From Opitutales bacterium (GTDB taxonomy: Bacteria > Verrucomicrobiota > Verrucomicrobiia > Opitutales > Coraliomargaritaceae), in NCBI GenBank assembly GCA_049598495.1, contig JBMYNR010000003.1:1-64000 (forward strand): DNA of 64,000 bases. The letters run 5' to 3'. The notes beneath the pieces were generated by a model, which worked only from the letters and a program-made list of their open reading frames with translations, made no database searches and was not told the origin of the DNA. The translations under genes and the position numbers were made by a program. Below, in pieces: positions 37,928-49,799 of the stretch (positions are counted from its first letter, which is position 1; each line of letters opens with the position of its first letter).

Positions 37928-39988
37928 CTAGGCGGGTGCACCCGCAGGCGCTTCTTCGCCGGCGAGTCCGCCTTTATCTTCGTCCTCTTTCGCGACCTTC
38001 TTCGGCTCCTCCTCGGGTGCTTCGTCCTCAGGTGCCTCCGCTATGGTCTCACGCTTGATAATAGGTGAGCGGATCTCACCGAACTCGAGGATTTCGTGGA
38101 CATGTTTTCCATCAATCGTCTCGTGCTCAAGAAGCGCCTCGGCGCACACGTCGAGTGCCTTTCGGTGCTCATTGAGAATATCAAGGGAACGCTGATACTC
38201 TTTTTCCACGATGCTATGGATCGCGCTATCGATCTTCTGTGCTGTTTCTTCGCTGTAATTTTGAGAACGGGCGACTTCCTGGCCCAAAAAAACGTGGTCC
38301 TTGTTCTCCCCGTAAGCAACCGGTCCGAGCTCAGTCATTCCCCAGTCACAAACCATATGGCGAGCTGTCTTCGTGACCATACGAATATCGCCCGAAGCGC
38401 CACTGGTGATATCGCCCATCACGATTTCCTCGGCGGCACGTCCACCCATACCACAACAAATCTGGTTGAGTAGACGACGTTTTGAATGGTTGAGCAGATC
38501 CTTCTTCGGCATGAACATAGTGGAACCAAGGCTCTGCCCACGGGGAATAATCGTCACTTTGTGGACAGGTAGCTGCCCATCATCGACGACAGCCTGCACA
38601 AGCGCATGCCCCGCTTCATGGTAAGCCGTGATCTTGCGATCCTCATCGTCCATCAGCTTGCGTCGCTCACGCCCAAAGGAAATCTTGTCGCGGGCCTCGT
38701 CGATATCCTCCATGTCGACCGCCTTCTTGTTGTAACGAGCGGCAATCAACGCACCTTCGTTGAGCAAGTTGGCTAAATCCGCACCTGAAAAACCCGGCGT
38801 GTTACGAGCCACGTGCTCGAGATTCACCTCCTCCGACAGGGCAATCTTCTTGGAGTGAACTTTGAGAATGTCGTATCGACCGTTGAGATCAGGCAGATCG
38901 ATCGTGACTTGACGATCGAAACGACCGGGCCTCAGGAGCGCACTGTCGAGAACATCGGGACGATTGGTCGCGGCGATAATAATCACGCCTTCATGCCCAT
39001 CAAAGCCATCCATTTCAACGAGAAGCGAATTGAGGGTCTGCTCACGTTCGTCGTTACCGCCGCCCAACCCGGCACCACGCTGACGACCAACAGCATCGAT
39101 TTCGTCGATAAACACAATACAGGGCGCATTCTTTCGCCCCTGTTCAAACATATCACGAACTCGTGCCGCACCCACACCAACAAACATCTCTACAAAGTCC
39201 GAACCACTGATTGAGAAGAATGGTACTTCTGCCTCACCGGCCACTGCCTTTGCAAGAAGCGTCTTACCTGTGCCCGGAGGGCCCACCATCAATACCCCCT
39301 TAGGAATGCGCCCACCTATACGCTGGAACTTTTTGGGGTCCTTGAGGAAATCCACGACTTCCGAAACCTCCTCCTTCGCCTCATCACAACCGGCAACATC
39401 CTTGAAGGTAATTGAGTCCTTCTCACGGGTGAGCATCTTGGCCTTGCTCTTGCCGAAGCTCATGGCACCCTTGCCGGCGTTCTTGAGTTGGCGAACGAAG
39501 AGAAAATAAAGTAGCCCTATAATCAGGAGAAAGGGCAGGAAACTGATAAGAACATCCTGTATTGCGGTGCTTGCGCGCTTCTCGTTGAGAACCTCACGAA
39601 CAAGCAGAAAGTCGTCTTCAGTCAGACGCCCTCGAGTCGCGAAGCGAATCTTAGAGGGCTCGTCCGGACTTAGCGCCATCCCCTCCACTTGATTCTCATA
39701 GTAAGGGTTCGCCATCTCACCGGAGATGACATAACCATCCCGACCGTAGGAGGGATCGGGCTCCATCACGCCGTCACCATCGGCAATTTGGCCATTCTTT
39801 ACTGCCTGAACCAACTCACTCACAGTAAGTTGCTTCACGTTTTTCCCGGCACTCGGGTTGGCGAACCAAATGGTTAAAATCGCAGCAACGATTACTAGGT
39901 AGACGAGCAAAACCTTAGGCTGAAAGCGCTGAGGAGTGCTGTTCTTACCCGAATCGTTCTTCGGTGGCGTGTTGTTCTCTGATGACAT
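37928..39988 (-). CDS. ftsH: ATP-dependent zinc metalloprotease FtsH
   Basis: [19 protein letters not shown], two N-terminal TM helices. Confidence 0.98.
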   Translation of the reverse strand: MSSENNTPPKNDSGKNSTPQRFQPKVLLVYLVIVAAILTIWFANPSAGKNVKQLTVSELVQAVKNGQIADGDGVMEPDPSYGRDGYVISGEMANPYYENQVEGMALSPDEPSKIRFATRGRLTEDDFLLVREVLNEKRASTAIQDVLISFLPFLLIIGLLYFLFVRQLKNAGKGAMSFGKSKAKMLTREKDSITFKDVAGCDEAKEEVSEVVDFLKDPKKFQRIGGRIPKGVLMVGPPGTGKTLLAKAVAGEAEVPFFSISGSDFVEMFVGVGAARVRDMFEQGRKNAPCIVFIDEIDAVGRQRGAGLGGGNDEREQTLNSLLVEMDGFDGHEGVIIIAATNRPDVLDSALLRPGRFDRQVTIDLPDLNGRYDILKVHSKKIALSEEVNLEHVARNTPGFSGADLANLLNEGALIAARYNKKAVDMEDIDEARDKISFGRERRKLMDDEDRKITAYHEAGHALVQAVVDDGQLPVHKVTIIPRGQSLGSTMFMPKKDLLNHSKRRLLNQICCGMGGRAAEEIVMGDITSGASGDIRMVTKTARHMVCDWGMTELGPVAYGENKDHVFLGQEVARSQNYSEETAQKIDSAIHSIVEKEYQRSLDILNEHRKALDVCAEALLEHETIDGKHVHEILEFGEIRSPIIKRETIAEAPEDEAPEEEPKKVAKEDEDKGGLAGEEAPAGAPA

Positions 39989-39995
39989 GAATGGG

Positions 39996-41456
39996 TCAAA
40001 GTGGTTTTCTTGATTGGTAAGTCAACCTAAGAGCCTGCTTCGTCGAGGGAGCGATTTTATAGCGCTCCGCAGGAGGAAAGCCTGGAATCCAGATGACTTC
40101 GCCAGAAGATATAAGGACAAGCGGCAGCGATTTTCGTTCCACTTGGGGAACGCGGCGATCGATGAACCAGTCTTTTACCTTCTTCCGCCCCGGGGCACCC
40201 ATCGGGTGGAATCGATCACCCGGTTGCCAGGCACGGATTTCAAGATTTGGGTCTCCTGGATCCGCAAGAATTGCTTCCCGATGGGGATTTATTTTCCCAG
40301 ACGCAAGCCGGTCGCGAAGTTCTCCGTCAATTGCAATGCGCTCGCACTGGATGACTGCGCCCGTACTAAGAAAAACAGACTCATCCACCTCGAGCTTACT
40401 CGCTTGCAGGACTTCCTCGGATGCGAAGTCCACCCTACGCTCCAGACAAAGACGATCCCCCTCCATTCGGATAAAATCTTCGCCCGCGCTCATTTTGAAG
40501 TATTTGCGAGAGCTCATAATATTATCGATCAAGACATCCATCGCAGGAGCACTCACTGAAGCGATTAATCCGTGCGTACTGAGCCACTCTGCAAGAGCCC
40601 GGCGAAGCAAGGCCACAGGCACCGCGCGAAGTCGCGTCCGACTAAGCATCGTATCGTGAGCAAAGGCTTCGGGCAGTATTTCACGCGCGAACTGGTTCAG
40701 AGCCGCCGCATCCTCCTCCAATAGACGCCGGCTACGAGCGGCTCCGAATGAAGCATCCCGCCCAAGGGCCTCCGACAACTCCGGAATAATCTGCTTTCGT
40801 AGAGCGTTCCGCGCGATGCTCATATCATCATTCGAAAGATCCTCTCGCCAGGGAATCGAAACAGAATTGAGTGCCATGCGGATATCACCCGCGCGCAGAT
40901 GAAGCATGGGGCGCAGGTGAGTGGGCAGGCCCTCAAAACGAGCTATAGGCCGTGGAGCCGCCAAACCATCAGATGCACAACCCCGAGCGATCCGCTGTAG
41001 TTGAGTCTCGATGATATCATCCAATTGGTGCCCAAAGAGAATAAAGCGGCAGTCCCGATCGGCGGCAGACCGCCTCAAAAAATCGAGCCTGAGAGCCCGT
41101 GCCGTCGTCTCCGTAAAGGCTGCCTCATTCTCAGGACGCACCCCGGATGTGTATGGAAGCCCGAAAGACTCCGCCAGCGAAGCAACGAAGCTTGCATCGG
41201 CGTCTGACTCCTCCCCCCGCCAGCGGTGATTGTAGTGCGCCAGATGAAGCCGCAACCCAAGCTCTTGCGCACGGACGGCGAAGACACAGAGCATTGAGAC
41301 AGAATCGGCACCGCCGGAACAAGCGACAAGGACATCGCAGGGGGCCTCCGCCTGAAGACAGTCAGCAACCGAGGGCTCAATGGAAGATGCGCCCAGTCGA
41401 TGCACGAGTGCGGCCGCTCGCTCAGGCCAGTTGATCTGCTGCGGAACGTCTGACAT
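39996..41456 (-). CDS. tilS: tRNA(Ile)-lysidine synthetase
   Basis: SGGADS PP-loop, HYNHRWR, HQLDD..ET, WRED.SN, C-terminal TilS domain. Confidence 0.93.
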   Translation of the reverse strand: MSDVPQQINWPERAAALVHRLGASSIEPSVADCLQAEAPCDVLVACSGGADSVSMLCVFAVRAQELGLRLHLAHYNHRWRGEESDADASFVASLAESFGLPYTSGVRPENEAAFTETTARALRLDFLRRSAADRDCRFILFGHQLDDIIETQLQRIARGCASDGLAAPRPIARFEGLPTHLRPMLHLRAGDIRMALNSVSIPWREDLSNDDMSIARNALRKQIIPELSEALGRDASFGAARSRRLLEEDAAALNQFAREILPEAFAHDTMLSRTRLRAVPVALLRRALAEWLSTHGLIASVSAPAMDVLIDNIMSSRKYFKMSAGEDFIRMEGDRLCLERRVDFASEEVLQASKLEVDESVFLSTGAVIQCERIAIDGELRDRLASGKINPHREAILADPGDPNLEIRAWQPGDRFHPMGAPGRKKVKDWFIDRRVPQVERKSLPLVLISSGEVIWIPGFPPAERYKIAPSTKQALRLTYQSRKPL

Positions 41457-41503
41457 ATTCGTTATCAGTAGATCGTATGCCTCACCCAGAAGCGAGGCTT
41501 TGA

Positions 41504-43438
41504 TTAACCTGCCAAATAGGTGTGCCCCTTAAGAAGCTCTGCATACTCGTCTAGCATACGGGTGCCCTCCCGCGGCTTGATCTGATCCGCCTTGGTCGCC
41601 CGATCGATCATCTTTTTCATTCGACGGGTGAGAATATGACCGTCGTATTGGGTGAACCCCAGGACGTCTCCGGCAGTAAACCCCTTAATGCTGTCCTCGA
41701 TATAAAAACCATCTTCCTCATCATCCTCCAGGAAAACATGCACCTCATTCACACGGCCAAATAGGTTGTGAAGGTCGCCCATGATGTCTTGATAGGCGCC
41801 TACCAGAAAGACACCGAGATAATAAGGCTGCTTCGCCCTCAAATCATGCAACCGGATCGTATGCCTGATATCTTCAACATCAGTAAACGCCGAGACCTTC
41901 CCCTCACTATCACAGGTGATGTCCACAAGCGTAGCATCCACTTCGGGGCACTCGTCAAGACGCTGTAGTGGCGCAATGGGGAAAAGTTGTCCGCAGGCCC
42001 AGTGGTCTATCAGTGACTGGAAAACGGAAAAATTGCACACGTATTGGTCCGCCATTACTTGAGGCAGAGACTCCAACTCTTCCGGTGTATAGTGCCCGTT
42101 CTTGGCGGCATCACTCAATTCCTTGCAGATCGCCCAATAGATTGCATCCGCCTGGCCCCGCCCGGACAGGTCAAGATATCCAAGATTAAAAAGATTATAG
42201 GCCTCTTCTTTCTTCTGCTGAGCGTCGTGAAACCGCTCCAACGGCGTGGAACCACGATCGTTGCTAAGAATCGCTTGAAAATCGCGCAGGATTGGGTGGA
42301 TCTTCTTCTGCTTAGGTAGAGGCTTTGGTGCAACCGAGGTCTTGGAAATCCGGTCGAAGACTTCGGTGATTAAAATAGAATGGGGCGCCACAATCGCACG
42401 GCCACTTTCGGTTACAATATCGGGCACCGCCACTTCGGCATCCTCGCAAACGGTCTTTATGTTATAAACCACGTCCCTGGCATACTCCCGCATGGAGTAG
42501 TTCATTGAACTCTCATAGCTACTACTGGAACCATCATAGTCGACACCCAAGCCACCCCCCACATCCATCAATTCCAGCGGGAAGCCAAGCATTCTCAGCT
42601 CACAATAGAACCGGGCTGCTTCCACCGTCGCCTTTTTAATCGTCTGAATATTGGGAACCTGCGAACCAATGTGGAAGTGAATTAGACGTAAACTCTCGGA
42701 TAAACCGGCGCGCTTGAGCCGCTTGGACGCTTCGATAATCTCCGGACTGGTAAGTCCGAATTTCGCGCCCTCACCGGATGAACTGGCCCATTTGCCCTCG
42801 CCCATTGTCGAGAGTTTGATCCGGAAACCGATCCTCGGAACAACACCGAGTTTTTTAGAAATATGAATAATTCGAGCGACCTCGCTCAACTGCTCGACGA
42901 CTAGGTAAATCTCCTTCCCCAGACGGATGCCATGCAATGCCAAGCGAATGAACTCATCGTCTTTGTAACCATTACAAATGATGAGGGATTCCGAATCTCT
43001 GTGCATTGCCAAAGCAATCATGAGTTCAGGCTTACTTCCACATTCAAGGCCAAAGTGAAAGGGTTTACCCGCCTCCTGAATCTCTTCCACGACCTCACGC
43101 AACTGATTCACTTTGATAGGAAAAACACCCCGATAACGGCCCGCGTAATTTTCATCTTTGATGGCCTCCTGGAAGAGATCGTTTAACTCGATGACTCGGG
43201 TATGTAGCAAATCCTGAATTCGGACAGTAAGTGGCGGCTTCAGTCCCTTTTCGGCCGCCTCCTTAACAATGTCGTGAATTCGAATACTGCGCGTATCCCT
43301 GAGAGGATGAACCCGCATGAAGCCATCGTTATCAATGGAGAAATGCCCACCACCCCACTGCTTCAAACCGTAATAATTAGCCGAATCTTTAATCGACCAA
43401 TTCGAACCCTCGTTTTTGCGCGCTGCAGTCATAGTCAA
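41504..43438 (-). CDS. speA: Biosynthetic arginine decarboxylase
   Basis: FPIKVNQ, GSKPEL, HFHIGSQ, DVGGGLG, DITCDS, GAYQ. Confidence 0.96.
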   Translation of the reverse strand: MTMTAARKNEGSNWSIKDSANYYGLKQWGGGHFSIDNDGFMRVHPLRDTRSIRIHDIVKEAAEKGLKPPLTVRIQDLLHTRVIELNDLFQEAIKDENYAGRYRGVFPIKVNQLREVVEEIQEAGKPFHFGLECGSKPELMIALAMHRDSESLIICNGYKDDEFIRLALHGIRLGKEIYLVVEQLSEVARIIHISKKLGVVPRIGFRIKLSTMGEGKWASSSGEGAKFGLTSPEIIEASKRLKRAGLSESLRLIHFHIGSQVPNIQTIKKATVEAARFYCELRMLGFPLELMDVGGGLGVDYDGSSSSYESSMNYSMREYARDVVYNIKTVCEDAEVAVPDIVTESGRAIVAPHSILITEVFDRISKTSVAPKPLPKQKKIHPILRDFQAILSNDRGSTPLERFHDAQQKKEEAYNLFNLGYLDLSGRGQADAIYWAICKELSDAAKNGHYTPEELESLPQVMADQYVCNFSVFQSLIDHWACGQLFPIAPLQRLDECPEVDATLVDITCDSEGKVSAFTDVEDIRHTIRLHDLRAKQPYYLGVFLVGAYQDIMGDLHNLFGRVNEVHVFLEDDEEDGFYIEDSIKGFTAGDVLGFTQYDGHILTRRMKKMIDRATKADQIKPREGTRMLDEYAELLKGHTYLAG

Positions 43439-43513
43439 GACCTGCGGAGCATGTAAGAACCGTGCCCAAAAAAAAGCACAAAATTCCCGAATATACCTCT
43501 AGACAAACACCGT

Positions 43514-43894
43514 CTAAATCAACTGGGAGTAGGCGTCCGCCTTAAGAAGAGATTCGAGCTGGCTTGGCTCAGTCAACCGAATCTTCAGGAGCCAGCCTTT
43601 TTCGTAAGGATCCTGATTGAGTAGCTCGGGCTCTGAATCAACATCTTCGTTGATCTCTATAACTTCGGCATCAATCGGCATAAACAAATCCGAGGCGGCC
43701 TTGACCGACTCAACGACACCGAAGGTATCACCAAGGGCGAAGCTCGCACCCGTTTCGGGAAACTCGACAAATGTAATATCGCCCAAACTTTCTTGGGCGT
43801 AATCAGTAATCCCGACCACGGCCAAGCCGTCGTCTTCAAGTCGTATCCACTCGTGGTCTTTCGTATAGAGGAGGTGGTCAGGAATTTGGCTCAT
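43514..43894 (-). CDS. gcvH: Glycine cleavage system H protein
   Basis: KDHEW, GITDYAQ, VESVKAASD lipoyl site. Confidence 0.97.
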   Translation of the reverse strand: MSQIPDHLLYTKDHEWIRLEDDGLAVVGITDYAQESLGDITFVEFPETGASFALGDTFGVVESVKAASDLFMPIDAEVIEINEDVDSEPELLNQDPYEKGWLLKIRLTEPSQLESLLKADAYSQLI

Positions 43895-43914
43895 TGAGTC
43901 GAAAAAAAATGAGG

Positions 43915-44427
43915 CTATAACTGAGATTCGAAAAACTCAATAATCTGCTCAGTGATATACTTATGCTCAGCGGCACTGATCTGACCGGACTCAAAGCGCT
44001 GTTCCGCAAGCAATACCTGCTGTGCCATCCGCTCAAACGGATCGGAACCAACTGAGGACGGTATCAGATCACTCTGCATCTCCACTTTCATTGCGCCCGG
44101 TTCGAGATCAACATAGCGACCAAGGTCGTCCGAAAGACCAAAACGAACGAAATTTTCGGCCTTCTCGTTTGGAACAGGTGCAAAATACCGAACTGATGGG
44201 TTGTAGCCCTGCTTCTCCAAACGGATCTCGTGACTCATCTTTCTTGGAAGCGCCACCTGCATGGGAGTCACTCCCGAAGCCTCGCCGTTAATATAAACAC
44301 TCGCTCCTGTCGGGAACGACAGGATAGCGACCTCTTGGAGAGCACCCTTTTGGAATGAAGCGCAACCTGTGACGAATAGGACGCTTAGCGCCCAGAGAAA
44401 TGGGGTAAATCGAAAGGAGACTTTCAT
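43915..44427 (-). CDS. PEGA-domain lipoprotein
   Basis: Lipobox VTGC; S.PTGASVYING..GVTP..LEKQGY. Confidence 0.75.
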   Translation of the reverse strand: MKVSFRFTPFLWALSVLFVTGCASFQKGALQEVAILSFPTGASVYINGEASGVTPMQVALPRKMSHEIRLEKQGYNPSVRYFAPVPNEKAENFVRFGLSDDLGRYVDLEPGAMKVEMQSDLIPSSVGSDPFERMAQQVLLAEQRFESGQISAAEHKYITEQIIEFFESQL

Positions 44428-44603
44428 GCTAAATGCTGATAATATGTAGGTTCATCGTTTATCCAGCCTAGAAAATACGGTCAAGACTTTAGCTAGTGAC
44501 TGCAAAAGAAAGTTTCTAATACGGAATTCTGAATTAATTCTTGTAAGTCGGGGCCCACCCAGCAACAAAACAGACCATGTGCTGCCTCCGCAGATAACGT
44601 GGG

Positions 44604-45683
44604 ATGGCGATGACCACCTACACCACTTCGATGATCCTTGCTCTTATTTTCGCCGCCGTATTCACGATCGGTGTTTCCGCGCTCTGCTCCATTCTTGAGG
44701 CGATGATCCTCAGTACAACCACTGCAGAAATAGAGAGCCTGAAGAGGGCATATCCAAGTCGTGGCGAGAGGCTGGAAAAGTACAAACTGGGACTTGAGGA
44801 GACCAGTTCAGCGATTCTAAGTCTCAACACCATCGCCAATACGCTCGGCGCCACCTTTGTCGGTGGCCTTGCGGTTCAAATCTGGGTCGAGCACGAACAC
44901 ACACTCCTGATCGTATCCACGGTCATGGCAGTCATGATTCTGCTCTTTTCGGAGATCATCCCAAAGAACGTCGGCGTCCTCTATCGACCCGCACTACAAC
45001 CGGTTTTGGTCTTCCCATTGGCCTGGGTCTGCGCACTGATGGCACCCATCTCAAGCGTGGTCGGCCTGGTTGTCCGGTTAGCCCTCAGGCCCAAAGAAAT
45101 CGAAACGGGCGGAGACGAGGAAATACGACTGCTCGCCGAAAAAAGCGCCAAGGAAGGCAAACTCTCCTCGAATGAACGGGACATGATCAATAACGCGCTT
45201 ATACTCGATGAACTGCTAGTGAACGAAATCATGACTCCTCGCACCGTTGTCTTCGCCATCGACTGCGAACTGAGCATCGATGAGCTACTGAACGAGACGA
45301 CGGATCTTCCATTTGCACGAATCCCCGTCTTCAAAGAGCAGACCGACAACATCACTGGGATCGTCCGGCGCCGCGATATTCTCTCGGCAAAAGCCGAAGG
45401 AAAAAGCATGCTAAAAATAAGCAAGCTCGCAAGTGAGCCCATCTTCATACCGGACAATGCAGCCGCATCGGATGCATTGCAGACCTTCTTAAAGAGCCAT
45501 CAGCAACTCGCCATCGCGGTCGACGAATTCGGCACCTTATCCGGTGTCATTACAATGGAAGATGTCATTGAACACATCATTGGGCAGGAGATATTCGAGC
45601 ATGATGATCCTGCGGTCGATATGCGAGAGCTCGCTCGGCAAAGACAATATGCGGAAAAACGACGACAGCGCCGTGAAAACTGA
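44604..45683 (+). CDS. CNNM/CBS-domain membrane protein (CorB/TlyC family)
   Basis: CSILEA, NTIANT, SEIIPK, IMTPR, VDEFG..G.ITMEDVIE. Confidence 0.9.
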   Translation: MAMTTYTTSMILALIFAAVFTIGVSALCSILEAMILSTTTAEIESLKRAYPSRGERLEKYKLGLEETSSAILSLNTIANTLGATFVGGLAVQIWVEHEHTLLIVSTVMAVMILLFSEIIPKNVGVLYRPALQPVLVFPLAWVCALMAPISSVVGLVVRLALRPKEIETGGDEEIRLLAEKSAKEGKLSSNERDMINNALILDELLVNEIMTPRTVVFAIDCELSIDELLNETTDLPFARIPVFKEQTDNITGIVRRRDILSAKAEGKSMLKISKLASEPIFIPDNAAASDALQTFLKSHQQLAIAVDEFGTLSGVITMEDVIEHIIGQEIFEHDDPAVDMRELARQRQYAEKRRQRREN

Positions 45684-45686
45684 GGA

Positions 45687-48005
45687 TCATTCCTGCGGGT
45701 AGACGATAATCCTATCGTGTATCAGGAAAGCGAAATCAAGACGTCCGTCGCCATTCAAATCGGCCACGACAGCTTCCCGGGGCTCGAGTTTAGCCCCAGT
45801 TCTACCTTGGTAATGCATATTTTGCTCGAAGACCTCCCAATACATGACGCTCGACCATTGATCAGGAGCACGGGCAAGAAGCTCCACGACGTGCTCGTTG
45901 CCATCAACCGCGACAAGATCGACGCTGCCATCGGATTCGAAATCGCCGGCCTGCACAAAACTATAGTAAATATCTTCAAGCTGGGTTTCGAAAGTATCCG
46001 ATACATTGAGTTCCCAACTGTCTGCATGCGGCGCAAAATACCAAAACCGATCCTCACCCCAAAGAACGTAGGCATCGTCGAAAGCTTTTCTTCCCTCGAA
46101 CTTCAGCCAGCCCTCGAGGCCAATCGAACCGACCTTATCCGCGTTTCGGTAACGAAGAACCCCATCCTCGTCGCGTAGCAGAAACTGAAGCTCCCCCTCA
46201 TCGGGAATATAAAGCACCAGACCTTCCAGGTCCTCACCCTGGACCCAGGGAACGACTGAGCCGATCCGATCCTCACTACGGCGCGCGTTAAATTGGTCCA
46301 CCATCTCCAAGCGCCCCCCTTCGAAACGGATCGCACGCGCGAAGCCCGTCCTCGCGGCGACAAGCTCCCGGAAACCATCTCCATCGACATCGATTTCGGA
46401 AATTTGAGCAGGCTCAATCTCCTTCAAAAGACTTTCTCGGATACTGGAGTGCACAGCGACCATCTCCAGATCATACGCAGCGCCATCCTCTTTGGGCGCA
46501 AGGAGAACAGGTGCTTCGCGAGGAACGAAGATCATCAATCCAGGCCCCCTTTGACCAAAGACCTCAAGCGAACGAATGGCATCCGGCTTGCGCCTTACTC
46601 CTTCGAGATCGAGTTGCAGTCGAACCTGCCATTCCGAGCTAAGCTTGCTTCGCTCGGCAGGCTGAGCAATAATAAGCTGCATTCCACTCTCCCCACTCTG
46701 GACCAGCGCCAATTCATCAAATCCATCTTTATCCAAATCAACAGCCGCGCAGGCAAGTGGATCTCCTTCACCAACCTGAATGAGTCGGGGGAAGGAAACT
46801 CGGCCGTTGGAATCGAAACGACTCACACCAAGTGTTTTTTCTTCACGACTCAAGGCTACGATCACCTCGCTACGCGATCCAAAGAAGCGTCCGCCCGCCA
46901 GTGATGAAATCGAAGAAAATGTCGGGAAGGTCTTAGAGGCATCGAAGCGCCCGCTTTCTTTTATGAAGACAATTAACTCGGAGTTGGCTGGGTTAGCGAT
47001 TTGCAAATCACGCTCGCCATCACCGTTCAAATCGGCAAAGCCGTAACGCGCGCCCTCCCTCAGTTTTTTAAAGAGTGGATAAACCTGAGGCTGCACACCT
47101 TCAAGCGGCAACTCACCATGCGCCTCCTTGACAGAATCTATCTCCAGGAATTCAAGCGCTCCACTGCGTGAATCCACTGTGGAAAATTGGACCGGTTCAC
47201 CTCGACCGCAGGGGATAGGCAGATACATCCTTACGGGACGTTCCAAAACGAAACGACGCTCCGCACCAAAGCCACCCTTCGCCAACTGCTCACGCATTAC
47301 AAGTGACTGCTTTCCTTCGGTCGTAACATAACAAAGCTCGGACAAGCCGTCTCCGGTTACGTCGACGATCTCTAAGTTAAATGGGGTTTCACCTGTCAGG
47401 TAATAGACCTCGGGCTCAGTCAGACGGCCAGCACCATCCTGCGAAAAAACACGTGCCGCATCACCTGAGAGTAGCACCACCTCCGCCTGTTCGTCTCCAT
47501 TTAAATCGCGAATCTCCAGAGTGCCTTGCCAACCGAGTGCATCGAAGCCGTCAAATTCCTGAGTCTCGGTCCACCCACCATTTTCACCCTGAAAACGGAT
47601 CGTCAACGGGACATCTCGGGAGGAATAAGCAAGATCCGCACGACCATCCGCATTCAAATCTCCAAGCGCGAGATCGAACATCTGAAAACCGATAGTGACC
47701 TTCTCGGAAATGAAGTTGGCGTCATGAAGGACAGGTTCCCAACGGTCGCGCTGGAGGCTCCGTTTGATATCCGTGGGAGCTTCCTCCCGATCATACTGGT
47801 AGAGCAGTTCGATTTGCGCTGTGTCGTTATTGATGACCGCCAGATCCTGAAGGCCGTCCATATTGATATCCGCGACCTCAAGTGAGCGCGTCGACCAGTC
47901 AAGCTTCAACACCTGAGGCTCGCCGAATGAGAAATCCGCCTTCGTTTCTGCAGTCAGTAGGCCCGCTAGCAAAAGGCCGCCAGTAACCAGTGCCCGCTGA
48001 ATCAT
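45687..48005 (-). CDS. Secreted FG-GAP/VCBS-repeat protein
   Basis: Signal peptide; many DxNxDGxxD repeats. Confidence 0.85.
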   Translation of the reverse strand: MIQRALVTGGLLLAGLLTAETKADFSFGEPQVLKLDWSTRSLEVADINMDGLQDLAVINNDTAQIELLYQYDREEAPTDIKRSLQRDRWEPVLHDANFISEKVTIGFQMFDLALGDLNADGRADLAYSSRDVPLTIRFQGENGGWTETQEFDGFDALGWQGTLEIRDLNGDEQAEVVLLSGDAARVFSQDGAGRLTEPEVYYLTGETPFNLEIVDVTGDGLSELCYVTTEGKQSLVMREQLAKGGFGAERRFVLERPVRMYLPIPCGRGEPVQFSTVDSRSGALEFLEIDSVKEAHGELPLEGVQPQVYPLFKKLREGARYGFADLNGDGERDLQIANPANSELIVFIKESGRFDASKTFPTFSSISSLAGGRFFGSRSEVIVALSREEKTLGVSRFDSNGRVSFPRLIQVGEGDPLACAAVDLDKDGFDELALVQSGESGMQLIIAQPAERSKLSSEWQVRLQLDLEGVRRKPDAIRSLEVFGQRGPGLMIFVPREAPVLLAPKEDGAAYDLEMVAVHSSIRESLLKEIEPAQISEIDVDGDGFRELVAARTGFARAIRFEGGRLEMVDQFNARRSEDRIGSVVPWVQGEDLEGLVLYIPDEGELQFLLRDEDGVLRYRNADKVGSIGLEGWLKFEGRKAFDDAYVLWGEDRFWYFAPHADSWELNVSDTFETQLEDIYYSFVQAGDFESDGSVDLVAVDGNEHVVELLARAPDQWSSVMYWEVFEQNMHYQGRTGAKLEPREAVVADLNGDGRLDFAFLIHDRIIVYPQE

Positions 48006-49795
48006 TGAGCAAGCTCCTTCTTCTCAATAATGAGTGTGCGGCTGAAGAATCCATCCTCATCCTCATTTATTTCAGTGATCGCGTGAAAGGGTATGTGCCA
48101 ATCCCGAGGAAGCTTCGCACCATCAAACAAAGCGCCCTCGCCCGCCAACTGCCCTGCCTGAACAATCGAATCGAGCATAGGAACGACCAATTGTTCAAGA
48201 TCCGCATAGGAGCGTGAAACTGAACGATCCATCGATATTCTCTCGAAAAGTTTCTCCGTTTTTTCACTCTGCCAAAAACCATCCTCCCCACTTTCGATTC
48301 GCGTCAACACGTTTTGCAGGAGGCCGATCTCTCCAAAGTTAAGAATAAAGTGCGAACGCGTGATCACGTAGCTAACATCCTGGGTTTTCGTCTCAGGCAT
48401 ACTCTGGTCAGACACACCTTTAACAGTATGCACAAGCTCACCTGCGAACTCCTGAATCTCGATCATCTCACGCATCCCCGGAACCATGTCGATCCATGCT
48501 TCAAACGCCCCAGATAGAGCTTCGGCATCACGAAGCTCTACCAGAATCACCTGCTCAGGCTCCATAATCACAGTCGCCCCATCTCTTTCCGAAATAGAGG
48601 AAAGGGAGACAAAATTACCGCCGAAATTTTCAAGAATCGCAGTGCGCAGATCGACACCCGTCTGCGTTTTCACATTCTGCAGCTGAATGTCGAGAAGTGA
48701 CGGTAATGTTGGACTCGCATCTCCCAGAAGTGACTCAAATTGTGCAAACATCTCCCCGAGATCAAAATTAGTTACCGAGGTGGAGAATACAGTCTCCGGG
48801 ACATATCGGGCATCCGGTAGCGGGCCATTGCCGTAAGTCATAAGACTCGCGACTCCCGTCTTCTCTCGATAGATAAGACCACTGTGTGTGTTCATCCCCT
48901 CTTCGATGAGGTCGAAATCAAAATACATAGCCTGAAGGCTCTCGAGCGAAAGGGCTCTATCAAGACTCGCACCACTCAGTCCAAACATGGCGACACCCCC
49001 ATTCATCGCGTTCGTAAGCATGGCCTGGTTCAAGGGCGGCAGGATCGCCTCCAAATTAAAGTAGAGGGAGAGATCGCCTCGTCCGCCGCACTCCTGTGAG
49101 CGAAGGAAGATCTCGTTGTTCGAAAGAGCTGCCTCCGGTTCGTCTTTGATCGCTTCAACCACGGCCCGGAGCGTTGCCTCAGGGGTTGCCAACACAAAGA
49201 TATTGCCCACGAGCGCATAGCCATCCTCGATGTAGGTTTCCACACCATCAAAAGTCTCGTCCAGGTAAAGCGTCTCACCCATAAAGGACTCCTCGATCAT
49301 CGTGTGCTCAATATCCGGATTTTCCTTCTTCTGCTCAGTCGCATTCCGCTCAAATTGGACCTGCCACAAAGCGGCCAAACGCTCCGCATCACCATTGTAT
49401 TCCGCCATAATAAGGAGCTCGGGGCGCTCCATCTCACCGAGCAACACCTCCGGTAAATTGTAGAGTGCTACACAAAACTCACCCGGAAAGAGTTCGAACA
49501 ATTCATCCCAGGTCAGACCAAATTCATTTTCCATGACTTGAGTGAAACTCTCGTCCTGACCCTCCATAGCCGACTCAATCATCGGCGCAAAGAAAGCCTG
49601 CACTTCCGGATCATTAAACAATTTGGCGAAGGGGTGCCCCGACCACGACTCTCGTGATTCGGCCAAGCTCCGAAAGGAGAGAAGGATATCGACATCCTCC
49701 TCAAAAATGGAATGGAACGGCAACGACCAGGCTGAAGTCGTTAGTAGACACGCGGCAGCGAGAGAGCTCAAGCAGTGTTTCATGTTGTCGTGCAA
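48002..49795 (-). CDS. Exported acidic hypothetical protein
   Basis: Long ORF with signal-peptide-like N-terminus, tightly packed between neighbours. Confidence 0.8.
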   Translation of the reverse strand: MHDNMKHCLSSLAAACLLTTSAWSLPFHSIFEEDVDILLSFRSLAESRESWSGHPFAKLFNDPEVQAFFAPMIESAMEGQDESFTQVMENEFGLTWDELFELFPGEFCVALYNLPEVLLGEMERPELLIMAEYNGDAERLAALWQVQFERNATEQKKENPDIEHTMIEESFMGETLYLDETFDGVETYIEDGYALVGNIFVLATPEATLRAVVEAIKDEPEAALSNNEIFLRSQECGGRGDLSLYFNLEAILPPLNQAMLTNAMNGGVAMFGLSGASLDRALSLESLQAMYFDFDLIEEGMNTHSGLIYREKTGVASLMTYGNGPLPDARYVPETVFSTSVTNFDLGEMFAQFESLLGDASPTLPSLLDIQLQNVKTQTGVDLRTAILENFGGNFVSLSSISERDGATVIMEPEQVILVELRDAEALSGAFEAWIDMVPGMREMIEIQEFAGELVHTVKGVSDQSMPETKTQDVSYVITRSHFILNFGEIGLLQNVLTRIESGEDGFWQSEKTEKLFERISMDRSVSRSYADLEQLVVPMLDSIVQAGQLAGEGALFDGAKLPRDWHIPFHAITEINEDEDGFFSRTLIIEKKELAQ

Positions 49796-49799
49796 AAAG